Origin: a virus
Lineage: Duplodnaviria > Caudoviricetes
Direction: 5' to 3' (one strand)
IMG/VR virus record: IMGVR_UViG_3300044614_001923
DNA: 64,000 bases
The position numbers were made by a program, and so were the translations under genes. The number at the start of each line of letters is the position of its first letter. Position 1 is the first letter of the stretch. Shown piece after piece: positions 53,910-61,690 of the stretch. The notes under the pieces are model-generated. The model did no database searches, had not been told where the DNA came from, and was given only the letters and a program-made list of their open reading frames with translations.

Positions 53910-54581
53910 TCAATCTCCAAACAACTGACTCATTTCTTCAAAAGTTTTAATATAATGATAAGAAATCATTTTTGAAATTTCTTCATCACTGTGACCATAA
54001 AACTCTGGATTTTGAGAATTAAAAAGATCACTGTTTACTTGCTCAACTTGATTAAAATAAAAATTTAACCCCGCAGATACATCGCCACAAACAGTATGAT
54101 AGTTACTAAAAGAACCAATACCTTTAATGATTTTAGTACTTACAAGAAATCCAGCGCCGCCAGATGGAAACTTTGCATCTAAAGGAATTACTTTATTAAC
54201 ATACATTGGATTTTCAGCATCTTTAGAAGAATCAAAGACAGATCCATATACATTATCTTCATCAAAAGAATCTATATGAGACTCAAGGTTTTCTACATTA
54301 ACGAAAGTATCATCATCAACAAAGAAAATCCAATCATAAAGATCTAACAAACTATTATCATTACCGTCAGTGAGTTCTGAAATTTTATTCAAAACATTAA
54401 TTTGCTTTTCTTCACCGCTTGCATAATCATCTCTATTAGAAACCTTAATTACATTATTCTCAGGATCATTGTGGTCAGAATAGAAAACTGTATCAATCTT
54501 TTCTGCCCAAGTCTTTGAGATGTTGTTAATTCTGTCAAGATGCTTTTTTGTTGTATTGACAAAACATATTACTTTTTTCAT
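53910..54581 (-). CDS. Fringe-like/GT31 glycosyltransferase
   Basis: TWA...WIFFVDDDTFVNVENL...Y G...FPSGGAGFLVS...DVSAG. Confidence 0.72.
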   Translation of the reverse strand: MKKVICFVNTTKKHLDRINNISKTWAEKIDTVFYSDHNDPENNVIKVSNRDDYASGEEKQINVLNKISELTDGNDNSLLDLYDWIFFVDDDTFVNVENLESHIDSFDEDNVYGSVFDSSKDAENPMYVNKVIPLDAKFPSGGAGFLVSTKIIKGIGSFSNYHTVCGDVSAGLNFYFNQVEQVNSDLFNSQNPEFYGHSDEEISKMISYHYIKTFEEMSQLFGD

Positions 54582-55672
54582 GCAATGCTCCGAAACTTAT
54601 TAAACGCAGACTCAATTACTACGTGCATGTCCATATACTTATACTCAGAAAGTCTACCACCAAAAATAAAATTGGTCAATAATTTTGACTTCTCTTTATA
54701 TTTTGAATATTTTTCTTGGTTTAATTTATCATTGATTGGATAGTAAGGAATCATACCTTTTTTATATTCTTCAGGATATTCATATGTAACTACTGTCTTA
54801 TCAGAATCAACCTTTTCAAAATGCTTATGCTCTATTGTTCTTGTATATTTTGGATACTTCTGACAATAGTTGATTACCGCATTTCCTTGATAGTTATCAG
54901 TGTTTTTTACTTGCTCATCAAATCTCAAAGATCTATAATTTAACTCGCCAAATTCATAATCAAAAAACTCATCTATGCATCCAGTATAAACAACTTCTTT
55001 TGCAATACTATTAAAATATTCTCTATCAGAAAAATAATCAGTATCCAATTTAACTTCAATACCGTCAAGCATCTTATTAAACATTTCAGTGTATCCTCCA
55101 ATAGGAATACCCTGATACTTATCATTGAAATAATTATTGTCAAATGTAAATCTTAAGGGAAGACGTTTAATAATAAACTTTGGCAATTCAGATGGAGGTC
55201 TCCCCCACTGTTTTTCAGTATAATCTCTTATCAAAGTTTCATAGATATCAACCCCAACTAGAGATAAAGCTTGCTCTTCTAAGTTAGTTGGAATACCTAC
55301 AAACCTCTGAGATTCAATTATTTGTTTTGCATGATCTGGACTTCTTGTTTCCCAAAGTTCATAAAATGTATTCATATTGAAGGGCAATGAATACAACTTC
55401 CCATCATTAGATATTGCTTTTGGAGAATTGATATAGTTATTAAATTCTGCAAATCTATTTACAAAGTCCCATACAAACTTATTACTTGTGTGGAAAATAT
55501 GAGCGCCATACTTATGAACATTGATATTTTCAATTTTCTCAGTGTAACAATTTCCAGCGATATGTGAACGCTTATCAATAATCAAACAAGACCTACCAGC
55601 ATCTGTGGCAAGTCTTGCAAATGTTGTTCCGAATAATCCACACCCAACAATTAAATAATCGTACTTCATCAA
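54578..55672 (-). CDS. glf: UDP-galactopyranose mutase
   Basis: YDYLIVGCGLFG...HIAGNCY...HKYGAHIFHT...YTEKQWG...EHKHF..PYYP...GGRLSEYKYMDMH. Confidence 0.93.
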   Translation of the reverse strand: MMKYDYLIVGCGLFGTTFARLATDAGRSCLIIDKRSHIAGNCYTEKIENINVHKYGAHIFHTSNKFVWDFVNRFAEFNNYINSPKAISNDGKLYSLPFNMNTFYELWETRSPDHAKQIIESQRFVGIPTNLEEQALSLVGVDIYETLIRDYTEKQWGRPPSELPKFIIKRLPLRFTFDNNYFNDKYQGIPIGGYTEMFNKMLDGIEVKLDTDYFSDREYFNSIAKEVVYTGCIDEFFDYEFGELNYRSLRFDEQVKNTDNYQGNAVINYCQKYPKYTRTIEHKHFEKVDSDKTVVTYEYPEEYKKGMIPYYPINDKLNQEKYSKYKEKSKLLTNFIFGGRLSEYKYMDMHVVIESAFNKFRSIA

Positions 55673-56028
55673 TCTCCTTTAATAACTCTATAACTATCTT
55701 CCTCAAAATGTTGAGTTGAGAATTCAAACAGTTCAGTATCCTCTAAAGCAATCATCTGATGACGAAGACCAGGATAAACGTGAAACTTATCACCTTTCTT
55801 TAAGAAGATTATATTGGCGAGTTCTATATTATCATCTTCAGAATATAGTAACTTTATACATCCAGATTGAATATAAAAAGTTTCATCTTTCAACTTGTGA
55901 TAATGCCAGGAGCATTTCCTTCCCTGTGCAAAGTACAGTAGTTTACCGCAGTATTGCTCATTATTTACAATCCATTTTTCAAATCCCCAACCCTTAGGGA
56001 CAAAATTAATTGAAGAAGTCATTTGCAT
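55669..56028 (-). CDS. Cupin sugar isomerase-like protein
   Basis: VPKGWGFE.WI.N...YCGKLL.....SWHYHKLKDETFY. Confidence 0.7.
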   Translation of the reverse strand: MQMTSSINFVPKGWGFEKWIVNNEQYCGKLLYFAQGRKCSWHYHKLKDETFYIQSGCIKLLYSEDDNIELANIIFLKKGDKFHVYPGLRHQMIALEDTELFEFSTQHFEEDSYRVIKGD

Positions 56029-56338
56029 TAATTCCTTTATCGTCTATGTAGATATCACCAGATGGTTTTCCAAGTATGAGTTCATGGTATTTGCATCCCC
56101 ATAAATTTAATTGCATTTTTGTGAGAGCATAAAATTTTTCTTTTGCTTTATCTCCATTATCATTATACCTTCCCATACCGCGAGCAGTAAAGTATTTAAT
56201 GATATGCCCATCATCATATAATTGATTGATCTTATCAATCCTATCTAAGTGGGGAGAACTCCCTTCATATTTGCATGAACTACAATCCCCATTCTCACAG
56301 ATTGTGCCGTCAATATCAATTACATATTGCATGAACAT
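56006..56338 (-). CDS. Small HAD phosphatase (capsule-biosynthesis type)
   Basis: YVIDIDGTIC...YFTARGM...LILGKP..DIYIDDK. Confidence 0.75.
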   Translation of the reverse strand: MFMQYVIDIDGTICENGDCSSCKYEGSSPHLDRIDKINQLYDDGHIIKYFTARGMGRYNDNGDKAKEKFYALTKMQLNLWGCKYHELILGKPSGDIYIDDKGINANDFFN

Positions 56339-57071
56339 CCTCCTGAGTTAAAACATAAGTTCCTTGATGTGCTACTGCTATAGCAGCTGCTTTATTTGCT
56401 AAAGGAATTGATTCTTGAATTTTTTTTGTTTTTAAAAATCCATAAACAAGTGCGGAAAGAAAAGTATCCCCCGCACCAACAACGTCATATACACTTACTT
56501 CTTGTCCTGGATATAAAATTCCATCATATTCAGCTCCCTTCCCACCCTTTGTGATAATTAAATTATCATAGTCATTTTTATCTTTTAACTTCGAATACTC
56601 TACATCGTTAATTTTAATGTAGCAATTGTACTTAGGAAGAAGTTGTTTTTTACTATCAATAAAAACTGGACACTTTGATTGATATGCAATATCAAATAAC
56701 ATTTGGGAAGTTATGAATCCTTTATCATAATCAGAAATTACAATAGCATCATAAGAATCTTCTGGAATTTCGTATTTCATTGGTTTTAAGTTGATCTCAT
56801 TATCAACTCTCAATATCTGTTGATTTGACTTTTCATCAATATAACGAGTCTTTATTATCTTCTCTTCATTTGTTAGCATATAGACCTCTATACCAAAAGA
56901 ACGAAGATTTTCTCTGACATTCCAAGCCATTCCTTGCTTAGTAACTGTCCTAGTATAGTTTAAGATTGGAACAGGTGCCTCTGGATTTAAACGATTGCAA
57001 TTTCCATAGATGTAAACATCTGTACAACTATCACCTATTAGCAATACTTTTAATGATGTTTGTTGTTGCAT
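56316..57071 (-). CDS. PfkB-family heptose kinase (HldE domain I/HldA-like)
   Basis: LIGDSC.D.Y.YG...RLNPEAPVP..GMAWNV..N...ISDYDKG...YDVVGAGDTF. Confidence 0.82.
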   Translation of the reverse strand: MQQQTSLKVLLIGDSCTDVYIYGNCNRLNPEAPVPILNYTRTVTKQGMAWNVRENLRSFGIEVYMLTNEEKIIKTRYIDEKSNQQILRVDNEINLKPMKYEIPEDSYDAIVISDYDKGFITSQMLFDIAYQSKCPVFIDSKKQLLPKYNCYIKINDVEYSKLKDKNDYDNLIITKGGKGAEYDGILYPGQEVSVYDVVGAGDTFLSALVYGFLKTKKIQESIPLANKAAAIAVAHQGTYVLTQEDVHAICN

Positions 57072-57438
57072 AACCTTGAACTCTATTAAAAAACTTTAGA
57101 TCTTTTGCATGTTGAGATCCAACAACTCTCTTATTTTCATAATCAGATCCAACTATCATTATATCAGGAGAAACATTTTCTACCAATCTTTCAAGTTCAT
57201 GCTCTGTATAAAATATTTTCACTTTGTCAACATATTTAATAGATGACAACATGTACATTCTGTCAGACTGATTATTAATTGGACGAGAGCATCCTTTTAG
57301 TTCTTTAACTCTACTGTCAGAATCAATAGCAACAATCAAATAATCTCCAAGTGATTTAGCATACTTAAACATTTCTATATGACCGCGATGAAGAATATCA
57401 AAGCACCCATTAATAAAAACTACTTTACAATTTTCCAT
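57031..57438 (-). CDS. Heptose-1-phosphate adenylyltransferase (HldE domain II/HldC-like)
   Basis: FINGCFDILHRGH...L.VAIDSD..VK.LKG..RPIN...GSDY...TTNII. Confidence 0.82.
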   Translation of the reverse strand: MENCKVVFINGCFDILHRGHIEMFKYAKSLGDYLIVAIDSDSRVKELKGCSRPINNQSDRMYMLSSIKYVDKVKIFYTEHELERLVENVSPDIMIVGSDYENKRVVGSQHAKDLKFFNRVQGYATTNIIKSIANR

Positions 57439-58076
57439 TTATCAGAAATCCTAAAACTTGATCCATCATTTGGGCGTACATCATGATAATAAAGTTTATC
57501 AGTTATTCCCGTTAAACTATCAATGAGATGAAATACAGAACTATTAATACAATGAATTTCCTTCGCGCCCTTAATTACTTCAATAAAAGAAAATAGATTA
57601 TTAGAAATCCCACTTTCTATACGGACTATCTTTAAATCTGTTTCCAACTTTAAATCTAATTTTCCAATACTTGCTTGGTCATGAACAAGAATGTAGTCTT
57701 CATCTGGAGGTTCTACAACCATAGATGGAGGATTGCTTGGAAGATAAAAAGAATTATATCTTTCTGAAAAATCAATATTCAATTGAGAATAAAAAGACCT
57801 ATCCCAATCTTGGGGATTGTGATGAACAAATCCAACTAAGATTATTGGAAGATCTAATATAGATGCAAATGCATCAACTTCTCCAAATTCATTTGCATCA
57901 ACCTTGAATACATTGATGTTTGAATCCTCAGAATACAAATAATTTACAGTGTCGTAGTTATGAGTTTTGCACGGCAAGTACACAGTATCATATGATTTAG
58001 ATACTTTATGAACCAATCCATTACAAACAAAATGATCACCAAGACCAAGATGGTGATATACAATCACATTATTCAT
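57420..58076 (-). CDS. Putative glycosyltransferase-like protein
   Basis: HHLGLGDHFVCNGLV...AKEIHCINSS. Confidence 0.5.
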   Translation of the reverse strand: MNNVIVYHHLGLGDHFVCNGLVHKVSKSYDTVYLPCKTHNYDTVNYLYSEDSNINVFKVDANEFGEVDAFASILDLPIILVGFVHHNPQDWDRSFYSQLNIDFSERYNSFYLPSNPPSMVVEPPDEDYILVHDQASIGKLDLKLETDLKIVRIESGISNNLFSFIEVIKGAKEIHCINSSVFHLIDSLTGITDKLYYHDVRPNDGSSFRISDKWKIVK

Positions 58077-58777
58077 TTAAAATACTTAGAAATCTTTTCT
58101 CTATCACCTTTAATATAAGAAACAATCTCTTTAATATCTTGATCTAAAGAGTTCCACAATTCAAGCATTTCTTGTCCTGCTTTTTCTGAATTATAGTTTG
58201 TTCCCATTGGATGATCAATAGTGTGATTGTAATCACGAATAACAGGTCTGCCATTGGCAAAACAAATTGCGGCAAGAACTAAATCCCATCCCCAACCCAT
58301 AGTATTATTTGAGAAATCAATCTTACGGTCTAACATCTCCTGAATGATCTCTTTGCGGATAAACCAAACAGTTTCATCTGTAGATGCAACCATTCTGATA
58401 TTTGGGTGATCGGATTCAAGACTACTAATGTCAGAGTTTTCTGCAGAGTACCAAGTATAGTCAATATTTGGCGCATAGATCCCTGCATCATAATATTCAA
58501 GATACTCTTTAGCATCTTCAATTAATTTTTCCCAATTATCATAAGAAACGTCTCCTTGAATATGAAAAAGAATGTCTCCATCAAACAGTTCTAATGCTTT
58601 TCTAAACTGATCACTAAAATAACATTCGTCTCCAATATCAACCCAACCGTCTCTAGTATTATTATCATCACTATTAATAACAGTGACTTTTCCAAAGATT
58701 GGAGTTAATGCATCTTCAATTGCACATGTTTTTTCAAACTGGCGGTTCCAGTTAAAAATGAAAGGTTGAATATTCAT
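58073..58777 (-). CDS. Putative glycosyltransferase-like protein
   Basis: FIFNWN...FHIQGD...GWGWDL; glycan-island context. Confidence 0.45.
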   Translation of the reverse strand: MNIQPFIFNWNRQFEKTCAIEDALTPIFGKVTVINSDDNNTRDGWVDIGDECYFSDQFRKALELFDGDILFHIQGDVSYDNWEKLIEDAKEYLEYYDAGIYAPNIDYTWYSAENSDISSLESDHPNIRMVASTDETVWFIRKEIIQEMLDRKIDFSNNTMGWGWDLVLAAICFANGRPVIRDYNHTIDHPMGTNYNSEKAGQEMLELWNSLDQDIKEIVSYIKGDREKISKYFK

Positions 58778-59826
58778 GAATTTTTCTCAGCAATTTTTTC
58801 TTCAATCCATGCATAGGTTTTTGCAATACCTTCTTCTAGGGTCATTGCATAGTCCCATCCAAGTTTCTCACGAATAAGATCATTATTAGAATTACGTCCT
58901 CTAACACCTAAAGGTCCATCAATATGATTCTTTTTAACTTCCTTGTTAGCAACTTTAGCAGCAGTTTCCACAAGTTGATTGATAGTTACCATTTCTTCTG
59001 AACCAATATTTACTGGTCCAATGAAATCAGAATCCATCATTCTACGGGTCGCTTCGATGCATTCATCAATATACAGGAACGACCGAGTTTGTTTTCCATC
59101 ACCCCACACATCAATAACTCCTCCCTCCTTTGGGAGGTAGGCGACTTTGCGGCAGATTGCGGCAGGTGCTTTTTCTCTTCCACCTTCCCAAGTTCCCTCT
59201 GGTCCAAAGATATTATGATACCTAGCAACCCGAACAGGAATCCCATAATTACGATGATAAGCGAAAAACAACCGCTCTGAGAACAGTTTCTCCCAACCAT
59301 ATTCAGAATCTGGTGCTGCTGGGTATGCGGATTCTTCACGGCAATCTGGGTTATCGGGATCAAGTTGATTATGTTCTGGATACATGCAAGCAGACCCAGA
59401 ATAGAAGATCTTAGTCTTATTAACTTCCTTTAAGTCATTTAATATATGCTGTGCCTCAAGAACATTGAGATTGATTGTAGCAGAGTTATGCATAATATCA
59501 GCATCATTCTCTCCAGTAAAAACAAATCCAGCACCACCCATATCAGCAGCAAACTGATAGATTTCGTCAAATGTATCAGTATGCCTAAAAGGAACTGAAT
59601 TGTAAAAATTTCTATATGGACCTTTATATTGGATAACTTTTTGAACAAAAGAAAGGTCTCTTAAGTCTCCTACAATAAATTCGTCTGCTTCAGTTTCTGA
59701 AAACTCTGAATACTTTAAATCTACACCACGTACCCAATAACCTTCGGAGCGTAGTCTTTTAACCATGTGACTTCCAATAAATCCACCAGCACCAAGCACA
59801 AGTGCTGTCCTTTTATATTCAGACAT
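58774..59826 (-). CDS. NAD-dependent epimerase, GDP-mannose 3,5-epimerase-like
   Basis: GAGGFIGSH, AADMGGAGF, SACMYP, DSEYGWEKLFSE (YxxxK), RYHNIFGP, GGREKAPAAICRK, WGDGKQTRSF. Confidence 0.85.
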   Translation of the reverse strand: MSEYKRTALVLGAGGFIGSHMVKRLRSEGYWVRGVDLKYSEFSETEADEFIVGDLRDLSFVQKVIQYKGPYRNFYNSVPFRHTDTFDEIYQFAADMGGAGFVFTGENDADIMHNSATINLNVLEAQHILNDLKEVNKTKIFYSGSACMYPEHNQLDPDNPDCREESAYPAAPDSEYGWEKLFSERLFFAYHRNYGIPVRVARYHNIFGPEGTWEGGREKAPAAICRKVAYLPKEGGVIDVWGDGKQTRSFLYIDECIEATRRMMDSDFIGPVNIGSEEMVTINQLVETAAKVANKEVKKNHIDGPLGVRGRNSNNDLIREKLGWDYAMTLEEGIAKTYAWIEEKIAEKNS

Positions 59827-59851
59827 AAAAAATAATTATTGCATAGTATAT

Positions 59852-59890
59852 ATTATACAAAAAAAGGTGGGTTTATGCAACCCACCTTTT
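59852..59890 (-). promoter_or_regulatory. Terminator hairpin overlapping the sigma70 promoter of the glycan island
   Basis: AAAAGGTGGG/CCCACCTTTT hairpin (59862-59890); TTGCAT-N17-TATAAT (59880-59852). Confidence 0.65.
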
Positions 59891-59899
59891 GCAATTATT

Positions 59900-60022
59900 T
59901 CAGGCTCGCCACCAATTCTTTGGCTGGAAATTGGAAACCAGGCGGGAGAGAGTCCCATCCGCACCACTTGCTTTTTAATGGAAAAGCAAGAAACCAAAAT
60001 GAGGGTCAAATTGACTCCACCA
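59900..60022 (-). ncRNA. wcaG-like structured RNA (manA motif is the alternative)
   Basis: Two UGGUG motifs; stems CUUGCUUUU/AAAAGCAAG, GCGG/CCGC, CUGG/CCAG, GUCA/UGAC; upstream of an NAD-dependent epimerase. Confidence 0.6.
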
Positions 60023-60029
60023 CTTAGTT

Positions 60030-60257
60030 TTAAGAAACTAAGAAAAGTTGGGATAACTTTGATATTTCGGAGATACCAAAGAATGCACATAAGAATAATA
60101 CATCCCAAAGTTTAAGTTTAATAGCAAAAGGAACTGTGAGTAACCCCCCAACAACTTTTATCATTAAACCATATTTAAATTCTCCCCATAACATAGTTTG
60201 ATACCCTATCATAAGGAGAATATTTCCAATCCACCTAAGCAAATCGGTTTTAGACAT
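60030..60257 (-). CDS. Small membrane protein
   Basis: Three hydrophobic segments; LRWIGNILL..GY...WG. Confidence 0.55.
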   Translation of the reverse strand: MSKTDLLRWIGNILLMIGYQTMLWGEFKYGLMIKVVGGLLTVPFAIKLKLWDVLFLCAFFGISEISKLSQLFLVS

Positions 60258-60305
60258 AAGGGGTTTTGCTCCCGACCAGTGCTGTTAAAGTCCATCCGTG
60301 ACTAT

Positions 60306-60545
60306 TTACTCATCATCATCCTTTACATAACAAGGAACACGATCTGGATCTAACCATTTCGCATATTCAATGTCTTCCATAGCAAGAGAACATTGCATTA
60401 CATTATCAAAAAGATAAATGTCATTCCAGCGTTTTGTATATTCGTTTTGTTTTTGCATTCGATAATCGGGTTTACCGTTTATCTCCAAAATACCTGCTTC
60501 TACAAAACGATATCCTTCACGTTCAAGAAGAACTTTGGTTTTCAT
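60306..60545 (-). CDS. Conserved cyanophage hypothetical protein
   Basis: GYRFVEAGILEINGKPDYRMQKQ...WNDIYLFDN.MQ...AMED.EYAKWLD. Confidence 0.6.
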   Translation of the reverse strand: MKTKVLLEREGYRFVEAGILEINGKPDYRMQKQNEYTKRWNDIYLFDNVMQCSLAMEDIEYAKWLDPDRVPCYVKDDDE

Positions 60546-60757
60546 GCAACCTCAACGGATTGAAGATCAGAAAGAACATAGTCCATAAGCATTTCGTAAT
60601 CATCAAGAGGATCACCAGAAAATACTACACCTTCATTCTCATAAAACCGACGAACTTTCTTATAGAGTTTTGGGTTTTTTACATCAAGATAAAAATCCCC
60701 ATTTGCTGCGCCGCGGAGAGTCTGAACGTCTTTCTTGAATTTTGCTGTAAGAGTCAT
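60542..60757 (-). CDS. Conserved cyanophage hypothetical protein
   Basis: MTLTAKFKKDVQTLRGAANGDFYLDVKNPKLYKKVRR; start placed downstream of the promoter at 60780-60808. Confidence 0.6.
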   Translation of the reverse strand: MTLTAKFKKDVQTLRGAANGDFYLDVKNPKLYKKVRRFYENEGVVFSGDPLDDYEMLMDYVLSDLQSVEVA

Positions 60758-60779
60758 TGTTTTGAATGTTGACCTTGTT

Positions 60780-60808
60780 ATTATAAAAGTTTGACTTAAA
60801 GAAGTCAA
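60780..60808 (-). promoter_or_regulatory. sigma70 promoter with the -35 inside an inverted repeat
   Basis: TTGACT-N17-TATAAT; TTGACTT-N4-AAGTCAA palindrome at 60791-60808. Confidence 0.65.
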
Positions 60809-60832
60809 GTAGGACAGTTTCACATCTGCCCA

Positions 60833-60905
60833 TGCTCCTTGCGTGGATCGAACACGCCTCAGGCGAATTATGAGTTCGCTGCATTCACCAGATTGCTAAA
60901 GGAGC
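60833..60905 (-). tRNA. tRNA with CAT anticodon (Met or Ile2)
   Basis: GCTCCTT/AAGGAGC acceptor stem, GCGAA-CTCATAA-TTCGC anticodon arm, GTTCGATCC T-loop. Confidence 0.9.
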
Positions 60906-60908
60906 AAG

Positions 60909-60980
60909 TAGGACTGCGGGGAATTGAACCCCGTTCACACCGTTATAAGCAGTGGGCCTTAACCAATAGGCGACAGTCCC
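60909..60980 (-). tRNA. tRNA-Ile(TAT)
   Basis: GGGACTG/CAGTCCT acceptor stem, CACTG-CTTATAA-CGGTG anticodon arm, GGTTCAATTCC T-arm. Confidence 0.88.
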
Positions 60981-61023
60981 ATGAAGACAGATCAATTATA
61001 GGGGACCTGAAACCCTATGACAA

Positions 61024-61227
61024 TTAAGAACCTTCTTCGTGATCGGTGTGAATACGTATTATATCATCGTCTAAACCAGCACCTTTGAATATTTGTGACA
61101 CTTCTTTATATGGCATCATAACTGCATTTCCATATTCACTAGTAATCATAAAAGATTCTCCGTTTTCTACTCTTTCCATTAGATTATCAAAATCTGATTG
61201 AAATTGTTCTACAGTAAATGATTTCAT
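61024..61227 (-). CDS. Phd/YefM antitoxin-like protein (orphan)
   Basis: MKSFTVEQFQSDFDNLMERVENGESFMITSEYGNAVMMP resembles the Phd N-terminal fold. Confidence 0.5.
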   Translation of the reverse strand: MKSFTVEQFQSDFDNLMERVENGESFMITSEYGNAVMMPYKEVSQIFKGAGLDDDIIRIHTDHEEGS

Positions 61228-61260
61228 GATTAAATTAAAAAAATTGATATTAAATAAAAG

Positions 61261-61334
61261 TCGGAGTGATAGGATTTGAACCTACGACCGCCCGCTCCCA
61301 AAGCGGATGCGCTACCAAACTGCGCTACACTCCG
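61261..61334 (-). tRNA. tRNA-Pro(TGG)
   Basis: CGGAGTG/CACTCCG acceptor stem, TTTGGGA anticodon loop, GGTTCAAATCC T-arm. Confidence 0.92.
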
Positions 61335-61603
61335 TTACTAGAATTTTTAATTATAAGTTCTGGGGAATTTGCATTTGCTTCCTCAAGCAAAAATTTTTTA
61401 ACATCATCAAACTTAAAATAAGTTTTTATGATGTCTTTAAACTCTACGTACCAAACAACATCATCATCAGAAGCATCTTCCATTTCAGAAGGTGAATCTT
61501 TATGCTTAGGAACTGCCTCAATTACCATATGTGTATCAATACCGTGCTTTTCTTCAGCGGCAAGAATAACTTCCATGATTGGCAGATCTGCTAGACGAGT
61601 CAT
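61325..61603 (-). CDS. Hypothetical acidic protein
   Basis: Follows TTGACT-N17-TATAAT (61655-61627); stop codon lies inside the tRNA-Pro 5' end. Confidence 0.5.
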   Translation of the reverse strand: MTRLADLPIMEVILAAEEKHGIDTHMVIEAVPKHKDSPSEMEDASDDDVVWYVEFKDIIKTYFKFDDVKKFLLEEANANSPELIIKNSSNGV

Positions 61604-61626
61604 TTGTTTGCTTTTGGAACTTAATT

Positions 61627-61670
61627 ATTATAAGAGGGGTTCTTGAAAAAGTCAACCCCCCCCCTCTTAT
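61627..61670 (-). promoter_or_regulatory. gnd terminator overlapping a sigma70 promoter
   Basis: ATAAGAGGGG/CCCCTCTTAT inverted repeat enclosing the -35 box of TTGACT-N17-TATAAT. Confidence 0.6.
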
Positions 61671-61690
61671 GTGATGTTATATTTATTAAC

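Noticed and set aside
59836-60115. Short ORFs on both strands across the wcaG-like region
   Set aside because: No RBS or protein motifs; they coincide with RNA stems, a terminator and a promoter.
60839-61027. 62-aa plus-strand ORF
   Set aside because: Antisense to two tRNA genes.
61656-61664. Poly-C run as a phase-variation tract
   Set aside because: It is intergenic and forms one arm of the gnd terminator hairpin.
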